Counted from the stretch's first letter, positions 9,576 through 19,081 are shown. The stretch: 64,000 nt of DNA from Calditrichaceae bacterium (GCA_050173015.1 JBFXLE010000004.1:1-64000), one strand, 5' to 3'. Notes: generated by a model from the sequence alone, not told the origin. Numbers and translations: made by a program.

Positions 9576-9880
9576 AAGATATAAAACTAGATAGCTTTGA
9601 AAAAGAGATTGAGAATGATGCTGAAGAATATGTTAAAGCATCAAAGAAAACAAGGCAAAGAGTTACAAAAATAATATCAAAAGCAAATGAAAAAAATCGA
9701 GTAACTCTCCGGTTAAGTAACCAAACATTGGAATCAATAAAGCGAAAAGCCCAGGAAGAAGGCCTCCCCTATCAGACATTTATTTCAAGTATCTTATATA
9801 AATATGCTACAGATCAATTGATGGATGAAAAACATATTTTGAAATCGCTTCGTTTATTAAAGAAACAAACAGTGGTATAA
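9572..9880 (+). CDS. BrnA/CopG-like ribbon-helix-helix antitoxin
   Basis: RVTLRLS...IKRKAQEEGLPYQTFISSILYKY. Confidence 0.85.
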   Translation: MKDIKLDSFEKEIENDAEEYVKASKKTRQRVTKIISKANEKNRVTLRLSNQTLESIKRKAQEEGLPYQTFISSILYKYATDQLMDEKHILKSLRLLKKQTVV

Positions 9881-10007
9881 CCATTTAATCAAGCCGACTG
9901 CAAAAAGCGCAGTCGACTTTTAAAAGATTTGATGTTAAGTGAAAATAATTTGTAAAAGTCACGGAGCTCTCGGATTTTTTGTAGCGGCTTATCAATAGAC
10001 GTTATAC
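9875..10007 (+). other. Integron attC site
   Basis: GTATAAC ... GTTATAC; AAGCCGACTGCAAAAA/TTTTTGTAGCGGCTT arms; related in sequence to attC 7250-7385. Confidence 0.92.
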
Positions 10008-10027
10008 CCGCCTGGGAATAATTTTAC

Positions 10028-10057
10028 TTGCATGCTTGTTAACATATTTGTTATATT
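10028..10057 (+). promoter_or_regulatory. Promoter and palindromic operator of the second TA cassette (probably leaderless mRNA)
   Basis: TTGCAT-N18-TATATT; TAACA-tatt-TGTTA inverted repeat at 10040-10053; ATG 6 nt after the -10 box. Confidence 0.6.
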
Positions 10058-10063
10058 AAAGTC

Positions 10064-10399
10064 ATGAAATGGAGCATCGAATATTTCAATTCTGACGTAG
10101 AGAATAAAATACTAGGTTTACCAGACGGGCTCCTCGCAAGATATATTCGTTTAACCGATTTGATGTTAGAATTCGGACCGAATCTTGGACTTCCGCATAC
10201 TAAATTAATCAAATCTGATCTTTTCGAGCTTCGAGTTAAGAGTAAAGAAGGTATAGCCAGAGTGTTTTATTGTACGCTTGTTGGGAACAAAATCTTTATG
10301 CTCCATTCGTTTATAAAGAAATCTCAAAAGATTCCACAAAAGGAATTAAAGATTGCTTTTTCACGATTGAAGGAGGTGAAAAGACATGAAACACGATGA
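10064..10399 (+). CDS. RelE/ParE-family (HigB/Gp49-like) toxin
   Basis: GPNLGLPHTK...LFELRVKSKEGIARVFYC...LHSFIKKSQKIP. Confidence 0.9.
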   Translation: MKWSIEYFNSDVENKILGLPDGLLARYIRLTDLMLEFGPNLGLPHTKLIKSDLFELRVKSKEGIARVFYCTLVGNKIFMLHSFIKKSQKIPQKELKIAFSRLKEVKRHETR

Positions 10400-10673
10400 A
10401 TTAAAAAAAAGTGCATTAGATAAAAAGGCAGTGAGAGAAGAATATGAAGCTCTCGAGCCTGAATTTAATTTACTGAGAGAAATGTTATCGGCCCGCCAGA
10501 AAACTGGTATTTCACAAGCCGAGATAGCGAAACGAATGGGAACCAAGCCACCAGCCATTACAAGACTAGAGTCCTCATTAACTAGTGGTAAACATTCCCC
10601 TTCAATTTCTACATTGAAAAAATATGCTAAAGCTTTGGGCTATCATCTAGAAATTCGATTTGTACCAAATTAA
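10386..10673 (+). CDS. XRE-family HTH antitoxin (HigA-like)
   Basis: ARQKTGISQAEIAKRMGTKPPAITRLES; toxin-first gene order. Confidence 0.9.
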   Translation: MKHDELKKSALDKKAVREEYEALEPEFNLLREMLSARQKTGISQAEIAKRMGTKPPAITRLESSLTSGKHSPSISTLKKYAKALGYHLEIRFVPN

Positions 10674-10713
10674 GATACCTTATGAAAGTAGAACAACATT
10701 CCTAAAGTGGCGG

Positions 10714-10842
10714 CCATAACAATGGTATCCACCAGAAAACAAACGCGTGCGCTTCATTTCCAGTCTATCGTCACGAGGTAGTTCCCGGTGTTTAAAAATA
10801 TCTCGCCGCTGTGTTCGTTTCTGGTGATGCTCGACGTTATGT
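10714..10842 (+). other. Integron attC site
   Basis: CCATAAC ... GTTATGT; GTATCCACCAGAAA/TTTCTGGTGATGC arms. Confidence 0.9.
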
Positions 10843-10909
10843 GTCGGGGAGCTATAAAATACTTAAGGAAAAGTAGCCTAGGAAACTGTACATCTTTCTT
10901 ATTATTTTT

Positions 10910-11533
10910 GTGCTGGTTTTTTCATACAATTCTCAAAATAAATCATCTGATAATAGAATTAGTCATACAAACATAGATTTGCAGGAAACACTTGATGCGG
11001 AACGAAGGTATGTTTTAGATACTACTATGGTGAAATCCATAGAATTGTCAAATCGCCCTGAAAACGAAATTGTTAATTATCACCTTAAAGTCCTTGATTG
11101 GACAAAACCTCTAAATTGGGAATTCTATATTTTATCAAACTCAGATACTATTCTTCATGAATATTCAAATGAAGCAAATATTGATGCTTTTTTCCATGAC
11201 AATCTTTATGTAAGAGATTGTGAAGATTACATCGATTGCAAAAAGAAGTGGTATTTAAATTACATATTTAATTTTGATGTAGAAAAAGAATTACCAGGCG
11301 ATAGTCGAATTCCATTATTTAAAAATGTAAGCAGAAACTTCGCTGAAGACAATAATAGCGCTTTTGGAAATTCAAAGGATGAAGCTATAAAGAATTACAA
11401 TTATTTCTGGGAATATTATTCTGATAAAAATATGAATGTGATTTATTTTAATTTTGCGCCGGAAGGAAGATCAACTCCAATTTTAGTTTTTCATCCAGGA
11501 CTTAAAAAACTGGTTCCAATATACAAACCATAA
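10910..11533 (+). CDS. Hypothetical exported protein, start region possibly decayed
   Basis: In-frame signal-like RKLYIFLIIFVLVFSYN upstream lacks an ATG; lies between two attC sites. Confidence 0.6.
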   Translation: MLVFSYNSQNKSSDNRISHTNIDLQETLDAERRYVLDTTMVKSIELSNRPENEIVNYHLKVLDWTKPLNWEFYILSNSDTILHEYSNEANIDAFFHDNLYVRDCEDYIDCKKKWYLNYIFNFDVEKELPGDSRIPLFKNVSRNFAEDNNSAFGNSKDEAIKNYNYFWEYYSDKNMNVIYFNFAPEGRSTPILVFHPGLKKLVPIYKP

Positions 11534-11549
11534 AAATTAAAAATATTGC

Positions 11550-11655
11550 AACTAAAAAAGCAATTAACCCGACCTTCACGCCGGATGGTGAATTGGGTTT
11601 GGGAGTAATCAACAGGTGTTCTGCCGCCCCTGGCGGCCTATCGCAAACGTTAGAA
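11550..11655 (+). other. Degenerate attC site
   Basis: AACTAAA (AAC to AAA) ... GTTAGAA; weak residual arms. Confidence 0.6.
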
Positions 11656-11704
11656 GGACTATGCGGTCCCAGTTTAGAACTATTGAAAAATCGATGAGGA
11701 ATAG

Positions 11705-12796
11705 ATGGGAAAAATCAACGTTGGACTCATTTTTGGCGGTAAGTCTGCAGAACACGAAGTATCCATGCAGTCTGCAAAAAATGTATATGATGCCATTGAT
11801 AGGGAGAAATATAATCCAATCTTGATCGGAATTGATAAATCTGGCAGGTGGCTACTTGCAGATGAATCCGGATTCTTAATCAATGAAAACAATCCCAAAC
11901 TCATCGCGTTAAATCAATCCAACGATATGGTGACATTTGCGCCAGAAAGTAGTGGTATCATTTCTCATATTTCGACACAAGGCTCCGATAAGTCGATTGA
12001 TGTCGCTTTTCCGATTCTTCATGGACCAAATGGAGAAGATGGTACGGTTCAGGGTCTGTTGAAATTGGCCAATATTCCATTCGTAGGAGCGAATGTTCTT
12101 GGTTCGGCGATCGGTATGGATAAAGACGTGATGAAGCGTCTCCTGAGAGATGCAGGGATTCTTATTGCTAAATTTGAAACCATCAAAGATGGAGACACTA
12201 TTCCAGACTTTAAAAAAGTGATAGAAAAACTGGGAGTACCAATTTTTATTAAACCGGCAAATATGGGCTCTTCAGTTGGTGTCAACAAAGTCCTAACGGA
12301 AAGTGAGTATAAAAAAGCCATTGCCGAAGCGTTCGAATTCGACTTGAAAGTGATTTTAGAAGAGTATATCGAAGGAAGAGAAATAGAATGTTCGGTACTT
12401 GGTAACAGCGATCCGATTGCGTCGGTTGTTGGCGAGATAAGGGCGAATCAAGATTTCTGTTCATATGAAGCAAAATACATAAACGAGAATGGGGCTATTC
12501 TTGAAATTCCTGCAAAGATACCACATGAAGTAACTAAGCGCGCTCAGGAACTTTCCATCAAGACTTTCAAGGTATTATCGTGTGAAGGACTTGGTCGGGT
12601 CGATATGTTTTTAACGAAGGACTACCAAATATTGGTAAATGAAATAAATACTATTCCAGGATTTACAAAAATCAGTATGTATCCCAAACTCTGGGAAGCG
12701 TCCGGCGTGTCTTACTCAGAACTCATAGATAAACTTATTACGCTCTCGCTCGAACGTTTTGAAAAAGAAAAAAAACTGAAAATGAATTATTTATGA
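11705..12796 (+). CDS. ddl: D-alanine--D-alanine ligase (DdlA-type)
   Basis: GGKSAEHEVS, LHGPNGEDG, KPANMGSSVG, SYEAKY, NEINTIPGFT. Confidence 0.95.
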   Translation: MGKINVGLIFGGKSAEHEVSMQSAKNVYDAIDREKYNPILIGIDKSGRWLLADESGFLINENNPKLIALNQSNDMVTFAPESSGIISHISTQGSDKSIDVAFPILHGPNGEDGTVQGLLKLANIPFVGANVLGSAIGMDKDVMKRLLRDAGILIAKFETIKDGDTIPDFKKVIEKLGVPIFIKPANMGSSVGVNKVLTESEYKKAIAEAFEFDLKVILEEYIEGREIECSVLGNSDPIASVVGEIRANQDFCSYEAKYINENGAILEIPAKIPHEVTKRAQELSIKTFKVLSCEGLGRVDMFLTKDYQILVNEINTIPGFTKISMYPKLWEASGVSYSELIDKLITLSLERFEKEKKLKMNYL

Positions 12797-12798
12797 GC

Positions 12799-12916
12799 AT
12801 CTAACAAACGGATACTCCGGATTTTATGTTGCTCTCGGTAAATTGAGGTTTTGTGGCCTTCAAATATTTCATTTTGAATTCACCTCCGTGTAAAGCCGGT
12901 GATACAAGTTTTAGTA
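12799..12916 (+). other. attC site with degenerate right core
   Basis: ATCTAAC; CCGGATTTTA/TAAAGCCGG arms; right end GTTTTAGTA. Confidence 0.7.
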
Positions 12917-12943
12917 AATTAAACATTTAATTAGGAGTTGGTT

Positions 12944-14347
12944 ATGAGAAGGAGAAGCATAATTTTAACTGCTTTATTGTTTTTATTTTTCGTACGCCAA
13001 ACATTTTCGCAGATTTCATTCATACCGCATACGATATCTACAAATGCTGTTGGGGCACAATCGGTTATTGCAATTGATTTAGATAAAGACAACGATATTG
13101 ATGTATTATCAGCATCCAGAACTGATAATAAAATTTGCTGGTATGAAAACGACGGCTATGAAAATTTTACTGAACGAATCATTAGCACCACGGTTAATAG
13201 TGCAGAAGATGTTTTTGCAATTGACATTGATATTGATAATGATATAGATGTTTTATCAGCTTCGGCAAATGGAGATATTATCATCTGGTTTGAAAATGAT
13301 GGTAATCAAAATTTTACGGCCAATTCTCTTTCGAGTAGTCCATATCGAGCAACTGATGTTTTGGCTATTGACTTAGATGTGGATGGTGATATTGATGTGC
13401 TTTCTGCTATTTACAATAATGATGAGATTAATATTTATGAAAATAACGGCCAGCAGGTTTTTACCGAATACACTATCATTTATTCTACATCCGCACCCCA
13501 TTCTATTTTTGCTATTGATATGGACGATGACAATGCCCCCGATATTTTATCAGCTTCAATCAGTGATAATAAAATTGCCTGGCATCAAAATAATGATATT
13601 CATGTTCAAGGATTCACCGAGTATATTATCTCAACTAATGCGGTAGAAGCACTTTCCGTTTTTGGAATCGATTTGGATGGTGATGGAGATATAGATGTGA
13701 TCTCTGGATCATCAGATGACCATAAAATTGCCTGGTATGAGAATGATGGTAACTTGAATTTTACTGAATACATAATTTCCACAGATGCTTCAGGTGCTCA
13801 ATCAGTCTTCGCAATTGATTTGGATAATGATGGGGATATAGATGTACTTTCTGCTTCAAGAACTGATAATAAAATTGCGTGGTATGAAAATAATGGCAAT
13901 CAAGTTTTTACAAGTCATATTATAACAACAAACGCTCTTTATGCACAATGTGTTTTTGCATTAGATTTAGATGGTGACGATGACATTGATGTCCTTTCAG
14001 CTTCTCAATCCGATAATAAAATCGCCTGGTATGAGAATATTGGAACAACTGGTATAGAAGGAAATGATTTTTATAGTGTTCCTGATAAATTTATTTTATT
14101 TAATAACTATCCAAATCCATTCAACCCAAATACAAAAATAAAATATTCTGTTGCACACAATAGCACTGTGTCAATAAAAGTTTTTGATTTGCTTGGTAAT
14201 GAGGTGGTAACTTTAGTTAATGAAGAAAAATCTATTGGGAATTATGAAATTGATTTTTATGCAGGCAATTTTTCAACTGGATTATATTTTTATAGAATGC
14301 AAGCTGGAACTTTTATGGATACAAAGAAATTATTATTAATAAAATAG
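12944..14347 (+). CDS. Secreted FG-GAP/VCBS-repeat beta-propeller protein with C-terminal secretion/sorting (T9SS-CTD-like) domain
   Basis: Seven DLDxDxDIDVLSAS...WYEN repeats; signal peptide; NNYPNPFNPNT...KKLLLIK. Confidence 0.9.
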   Translation: MRRRSIILTALLFLFFVRQTFSQISFIPHTISTNAVGAQSVIAIDLDKDNDIDVLSASRTDNKICWYENDGYENFTERIISTTVNSAEDVFAIDIDIDNDIDVLSASANGDIIIWFENDGNQNFTANSLSSSPYRATDVLAIDLDVDGDIDVLSAIYNNDEINIYENNGQQVFTEYTIIYSTSAPHSIFAIDMDDDNAPDILSASISDNKIAWHQNNDIHVQGFTEYIISTNAVEALSVFGIDLDGDGDIDVISGSSDDHKIAWYENDGNLNFTEYIISTDASGAQSVFAIDLDNDGDIDVLSASRTDNKIAWYENNGNQVFTSHIITTNALYAQCVFALDLDGDDDIDVLSASQSDNKIAWYENIGTTGIEGNDFYSVPDKFILFNNYPNPFNPNTKIKYSVAHNSTVSIKVFDLLGNEVVTLVNEEKSIGNYEIDFYAGNFSTGLYFYRMQAGTFMDTKKLLLIK

Positions 14348-14354
14348 TATTAAC

Positions 14355-14580
14355 GTTTAACAAGCGCCTCAACGCCGACCGCCATTTTGGCTCGGTGGTT
14401 TTGAGATTTTTGAGAATGTGTTTTAGTTAAAGATTTTGTCCTATGTGTTCCTACTAATTAATTAACTTACCTTGGGTGCTTTGCTGACGCAAGATAAGCA
14501 CCTACGGCTTAATCATCAGTATTTGTGTTTTACTCGGCGCCCTTGTTCTGGACGGCGGGTTAGGCGCAAGAACGTTGGGC
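14355..14580 (+). other. Oversized (226 bp) attC site with internal insertion
   Basis: GTTTAAC ... GTTGGGC; GCGCCTCAAC/GTTAGGCGC arms; ~107-bp insert bounded by TGTGTTTTA direct repeats. Confidence 0.8.
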
Positions 14581-14593
14581 GGGGAGAGAAATT

Positions 14594-14983
14594 ATGACTA
14601 CTCATGGAGAGTTCAACTGGAATGAACTTCAAACCCACCACCCTGATGAGGCCATTGCTTTCTATCAAGAAACCATCGGATAGCAATTCCGGCCTGAGGA
14701 TATGCCATCGGGAGGTATTTATTGGCTCGGTTTGTCATCAGGCAAACCCGTCTGTGGATTGCTCACATTAGAAGGCAGCGAAGGTAATAGTGAGCCCGAC
14801 CACTGGGTAACGTATGTTCACGTTAATGATCTTGACGATGCAGTCGCTCGCGTCCGGACCAGTGGGGGTAAGGTGTTAAGAGCGCCTTGGGAAGTTCGCG
14901 GTGTTGGCCGGGTTGCTTGGATTCGTGACCCAGGCGGCGCTGAAATGGGTTGGGTAACACCTGATCAACAGGTCGAGAAATAG
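14594..14983 (+). pseudogene. VOC/glyoxalase-family gene with in-frame TAG at 14681
   Basis: MTTHGEFNWNELQT...FYQETIG*QF...HWVTYVHV...VGRVAWIRDPGGA; the stop falls where the family usually has Trp (TGG). Confidence 0.85.
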
Positions 14984-15006
14984 CAAATGACGTGTTGCGG
15001 TCAAAG

Positions 15007-15104
15007 GCCTAACATTGGGTAGCAAGGGAATTAGCAAACGTCCGGTTCCTTTAAGTTTTGGAGGCTCATCGAGCGCGCTAGTCCCCTGAACCCCGGCGTT
15101 ATAC
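15007..15104 (+). other. Integron attC site
   Basis: GCCTAAC ... GTTATAC; GGGAATTAGC/GCTAGTCCC arms. Confidence 0.85.
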
Positions 15105-15204
15105 TCTTTAAAAAAGTGGTCCAGTATTTTCAACAACAGTATTTTTGCCTGTTGCTCCGGCAGAAAATAAATCTGATTTCTATCTTATAGGAGGTTTAAT
15201 ACAT

Positions 15205-15582
15205 ATGTTACCAAAAGAAATAATAATTGAAAAAGAAAAGGCAATTCTTGACCGCTGGAAAACCGGCGATACATTCGGATTTATTGAAGCTGCCGCCGAA
15301 GAAATAACCTATTTTGATCCAGGCTTACAAAAACGGTGTACAGGTAAAAAAGAATTCCATGACTGGATTGCCGCTTTCAATGGGACATTCAGCTTTCCCG
15401 ATTATGAATTGATTGATCCGCAGGTTCAGATGCATGGAGATGTTGGTATTCTTACTTTCAACTTTATTGGGTTTATGCAGGGTGGTAGCAAAGAAAATTG
15501 GAATACAACTGAAGTATACAAGCTGTTGGAAGGGGATTGGAAGCTGATAAGTTCTCACTGGTCACAAACTAAAAACAAATGA
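15205..15582 (+). CDS. NTF2-like (DUF4440/SnoaL-type) protein
   Basis: AGGAGG RBS; EITYFDP...WNTTEVY...WKLISSHWS. Confidence 0.8.
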   Translation: MLPKEIIIEKEKAILDRWKTGDTFGFIEAAAEEITYFDPGLQKRCTGKKEFHDWIAAFNGTFSFPDYELIDPQVQMHGDVGILTFNFIGFMQGGSKENWNTTEVYKLLEGDWKLISSHWSQTKNK

Positions 15583-15646
15583 TGATAATTGAGATCAAGA
15601 CTTACTTCTGTAAAAAAAGATTTTCCTTTGAAGAAAGGATCTATAC

Positions 15647-16201
15647 ATGAATGAAAATGCTGAAATATTAGAATTTAAAAATAGAAATGAATATAGGAAT
15701 TGGCTTAAAAAGTATCATAAACAAGAAAATGGAATATGGATAGTATTTATAAAAGGAAATATTTTATTTTCAGCCAATGATGCATTAGAAGAGTCAATTT
15801 GTTTTGGCTGGATTGATGGATTAATGAAATCAATAGATGAAAAAACTTATAAAAAATATTTCTCAAAAAGAAAAGATACAAAGAAATGGTCAAAAAAAAA
15901 TATAGGAATATATGAAAAATTATTTAAAAACGGATTAGTGACAAATGCTGGAATTGATGTATTTAAAATTGAAAAGACTGATAAAAAAGTTGTCATAGAT
16001 ATGAATGAAAAAATAGAAATATTAAAAAAGGAATTAAAACAACATAAAGACATATTAAGTTTATTTGAATCTAAAACTCCTTCAAGACAAAAACAATTTG
16101 CCGGATTTTATTGTGACGCGAAAACAGAAGAGACACAAAAAAAACGTATCGATAAAATAATTGAAGCATTAGAAAATAATTATGATGGAATGTTGTGGTG
16201 A
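15647..16201 (+). CDS. YdeI/OmpD-associated family protein
   Basis: EYRNWLKKYH...ALEESICFGWIDG...AKTEETQKKRI. Confidence 0.85.
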   Translation: MNENAEILEFKNRNEYRNWLKKYHKQENGIWIVFIKGNILFSANDALEESICFGWIDGLMKSIDEKTYKKYFSKRKDTKKWSKKNIGIYEKLFKNGLVTNAGIDVFKIEKTDKKVVIDMNEKIEILKKELKQHKDILSLFESKTPSRQKQFAGFYCDAKTEETQKKRIDKIIEALENNYDGMLW

Positions 16202-16206
16202 TTATG

Positions 16207-16230
16207 GCATAACATCCGGCCGCACGCCGA
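16207..16230 (+). other. Truncated attC (left half only)
   Basis: GCATAAC followed by a GC-rich L-box-like stretch; no right arm found. Confidence 0.45.
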
Positions 16231-16336
16231 ATTTTAATTGTGCGCATTGGTAACTAAAATTATTCTATAATATTTTTTTGCCATTATTTTTTTGTAATTT
16301 AGAGTCAAATATAATTTTATTAAGTGGAGGGGAAAA

Positions 16337-16867
16337 ATGAGATCATCTATTTACATTTATATCTTCTTCCTTATTTTTTTTATTAGTTGCCAAGAGAGTT
16401 CAGAACCGCTTAGAGCCTGGGGTGAAGCATCCAATAACTTACAGCTATCATTAGATATATCGGATGACCATTTAACTGAAGGTGAATCTGGTATAGCAAA
16501 TCTACTGGTAAAAAATATTTCTGATGAACAAATAACACATGAATTGTATGCTACTTTTAATTTATATGATGAGGAGAATATTCTTCGCTATATTTCTTAT
16601 TTTAATTTGATGGCAGAGGACATGATTAGTTTATATGAATCATCCAAAACGAATCCAAAATCAAACTTCGTAATTAGTCCAAATGATCAACGAGAATATC
16701 AAATTGATATTTCAAAGCTTGGATGGGTGCAACCACAGGATTCTCGCCCACCATATGCGGAGTTTTATGATTTAATTCAGAAGAATAAATATATTTTTGT
16801 TTCGGAACTGCATTTGATTTCGAATGGTGAAGTCCATTCAAATTTAATAAATGTTGAAATAAAATAA
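16337..16867 (+). CDS. Hypothetical lipoprotein
   Basis: Lipobox FFISC; GGAGG RBS. Confidence 0.75.
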   Translation: MRSSIYIYIFFLIFFISCQESSEPLRAWGEASNNLQLSLDISDDHLTEGESGIANLLVKNISDEQITHELYATFNLYDEENILRYISYFNLMAEDMISLYESSKTNPKSNFVISPNDQREYQIDISKLGWVQPQDSRPPYAEFYDLIQKNKYIFVSELHLISNGEVHSNLINVEIK

Positions 16868-16899
16868 AGATATATGAATGCAACTTCTCCAGATCACGT

Positions 16900-16998
16900 C
16901 CCTGACAAAATGTGGTACGCGGAAATTTGCGTGTGAGCAGGAATTGGCAAACAAACGATTATCCAACGCAAAATCCGGTAAATATTCGGAGATTGAAT
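16900..16998 (+). other. Degenerate attC site
   Basis: CCCTGAC; CGGAAATTTGCGT/ACGCAAAATCCG arms; right core eroded. Confidence 0.5.
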
Positions 16999-17001
16999 AC
17001 A

Positions 17002-18087
17002 ATGAAAAATCTTATCTTCAGTCTTTGCCTGATTTTTTTAATGCTACAACACTTTGGTTGCAACAATAACTATGAAAAAAAACCACTTTTTTCATTTGAA
17101 GCAGATGAACGATTATTCACTGCATTCGCCTTCATGAATGCTGCGGGATTTGATGGAGAGTGGCGAGACGCGGGGATGAATCCAATCCGAATTGAATTAA
17201 GAAACCAAATAAATTCCCAACTAGACTCACTTTTTAAATCCAGGATTAGAGAGTTTCATTATAGCCATTCCAGAGGAAGTTGGAGCCAATATGCCCCATT
17301 TGCGCTTAGGACTAGCGGACCTCCGGATTTCCGAATGTATCCCGATGAATATGCCTCGGAAAATGGCCGGCAGATCGCTTCAGAAAAAGAAGGTCTATCG
17401 GAGCTATTGTCAAAATTTTATGATTGTGCTCAAATTAAAAAATTGTGGATTAAGTATAAACCACTATTGAATAAGAAGAATTATCAATATGAACCATTTG
17501 CCCAAAAAGCACTCAAACATATTGTAGATTATTGTAGAATCGACAGTTCGCTGTTTTATAAATCAAAACGAACGATTCATTTTTTAATCTGTCCACAAAT
17601 GTCCTACTTTACAGCTCAAAATGTTTCTACCCTGAACGATCTTTACATTATTCATGGGCCAACTGAGGGGCGACCCAGTGAAACGGCATTTTTTCATGAG
17701 GCTCTGCATGAAGTGATCAATCCATTAACTGAGAAAAACAAAGTATTGTTAGCTGATTTTGAAGGTATGAGCCGGCTTTCGAAAGAGAGAAATGATCTTG
17801 GTTATGAAGATTGGGAATCCATTGTAAATGAATCCTTTGTCAGAACAATTGATATAGCCTTACAAAGAGATGTTTTAGAGTTGACTGAAGAGGAAACAAC
17901 AAAACTCATTATGAATGAGTACAAACTTGGATTTATCCTGTGTCCATTCATTTATGAAAATCTTAGAGAATTTGAACAGAGTTCTCAATCCATAGATGTA
18001 TATTATCCTGAACTAATCTCGAGGCTAAGTATGGAAACTGAAACTATTCGTTGGAATAAGTATTGGGCTAAAGAGAATGGCATATAG
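17002..18087 (+). CDS. Lipoprotein, putative gluzincin metallopeptidase (DUF4932-like)
   Basis: Lipobox HFGC; HEALH plus NESFVR zinc-binding motifs. Confidence 0.7.
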   Translation: MKNLIFSLCLIFLMLQHFGCNNNYEKKPLFSFEADERLFTAFAFMNAAGFDGEWRDAGMNPIRIELRNQINSQLDSLFKSRIREFHYSHSRGSWSQYAPFALRTSGPPDFRMYPDEYASENGRQIASEKEGLSELLSKFYDCAQIKKLWIKYKPLLNKKNYQYEPFAQKALKHIVDYCRIDSSLFYKSKRTIHFLICPQMSYFTAQNVSTLNDLYIIHGPTEGRPSETAFFHEALHEVINPLTEKNKVLLADFEGMSRLSKERNDLGYEDWESIVNESFVRTIDIALQRDVLELTEEETTKLIMNEYKLGFILCPFIYENLREFEQSSQSIDVYYPELISRLSMETETIRWNKYWAKENGI

Positions 18088-18090
18088 GTT

Positions 18091-18189
18091 GCGTAAAATA
18101 AGCATTAGAGGGCATTCGCACACGTCCGGTTTCCTGTGCATTAAGAAAGTTCCTTGAGCGAGCTAATCCCCTTATGTTAATCGTTATGC
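18091..18189 (+). other. Degenerate attC site
   Basis: GCGTAAA ... GTTATGC; body resembles attC 15007-15104 (CGTCCGGTT..GAGCG.GCTA.TCCCCT). Confidence 0.7.
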
Positions 18190-18207
18190 CAGGTAGGGTA
18201 AGTTAAA

Positions 18208-18639
18208 ATGAATCCAGATAGTAAACACATCCCAAATGAATTAGCTCCATGTGGGGTTTTTTGCGGAGCATGCCCTTCCTTTGACAGGACATGCCTCGGA
18301 TGTCCCTCGAAGAATAAGGAGCAAAAAAGAACAAGCAAATGGAGCTGCAAAATAAGAACGTGTTGCTACTCCATTCAAAGAAAAAACTTTTGCCATGAAT
18401 GCGATCAACTCCCATGCAAGGAGCATAGAAGAAAACTGCTTGATTCCCATCCAGGGGATCCGAGATTTAAATACAGACATGAGATCATGGAGAACTTTGA
18501 AAAATTGGCAAAGCTAGGGATAAAGCAGTATCTCGAATATCAAAAAAACAAATGGACATGCCCTTCCTGTAAAGGCAGGATTCATATGTACTATTACAGT
18601 TGCGGTCAATGTGGCAAGGAGCTAATTAGCCAAGGTTAG
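18208..18639 (+). CDS. DUF3795-like Cys-rich metal-binding protein
   Basis: APCGVFCGACP...CLGC...CKIRTCC...FCHECDQLPC...CPSC...CGQC. Confidence 0.85.
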   Translation: MNPDSKHIPNELAPCGVFCGACPSFDRTCLGCPSKNKEQKRTSKWSCKIRTCCYSIQRKNFCHECDQLPCKEHRRKLLDSHPGDPRFKYRHEIMENFEKLAKLGIKQYLEYQKNKWTCPSCKGRIHMYYYSCGQCGKELISQG

Positions 18640-18647
18640 AACAAACG

Positions 18648-18766
18648 GCATAGCAGATGTTCGCACCGAACCGCATAACGCCGCTGCCGGTCTGAAATTC
18701 GCTGATCTTGGTAAATTCATCGTCAATCAACCATCGGTGCAACGGCCGGTGATACTGGTGTAATTT
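18648..18766 (+). other. Degenerate attC site
   Basis: GCATAGC (matches the preceding GTTATGCC); CACCGAACCG/CGGCCGGTG arms; right core eroded. Confidence 0.6.
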
Positions 18767-18796
18767 GCTAAATTCTTAAAACATTATTTTTGCTTT

Positions 18797-18969
18797 TTTT
18801 GACCTTAGTAGCATAAAATCAAATAAAATATCTAACCTTATTACCTTATTGGGTACGAACTTAGTCCAACAATCGGTCACCCATTTTGTATTCAGCGATT
18901 TTGAATGGCAACCATTAATTCCAAAACGAAAAGAAATTGTGTGGAGCTGTATTGCTACTAAGGTTAAAA
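18797..18969. mobile_element. MITE-like element with 17-bp terminal inverted repeats
   Basis: TTTTGACCTTAGTAGCA (18797-18813) vs TGCTACTAAGGTTAAAA (18953-18969), one mismatch; no intact ORF inside. Confidence 0.6.
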
Positions 18970-19081
18970 GCTATGTAATAAGGTTTTTTGAGTGAGAGTC
19001 TCTAATGAAAATCAGTTCTCAGATGGGCCGGGGAAACGTAGCGTTTCTACCTTCAAATGTCCGATATTAAAGAAACACTTG

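Noticed and set aside
11705-12796. VanA/VanB-type vancomycin resistance ligase
   Set aside because: Retains the YEAKY omega-loop of D-Ala-D-Ala ligases and has no vanH/vanX/vanRS neighbours
14681-14683. Stop-codon recoding (pyrrolysine or alternative genetic code)
   Set aside because: Many genes here end in TAG normally; a single TGG-to-TAG change is simpler
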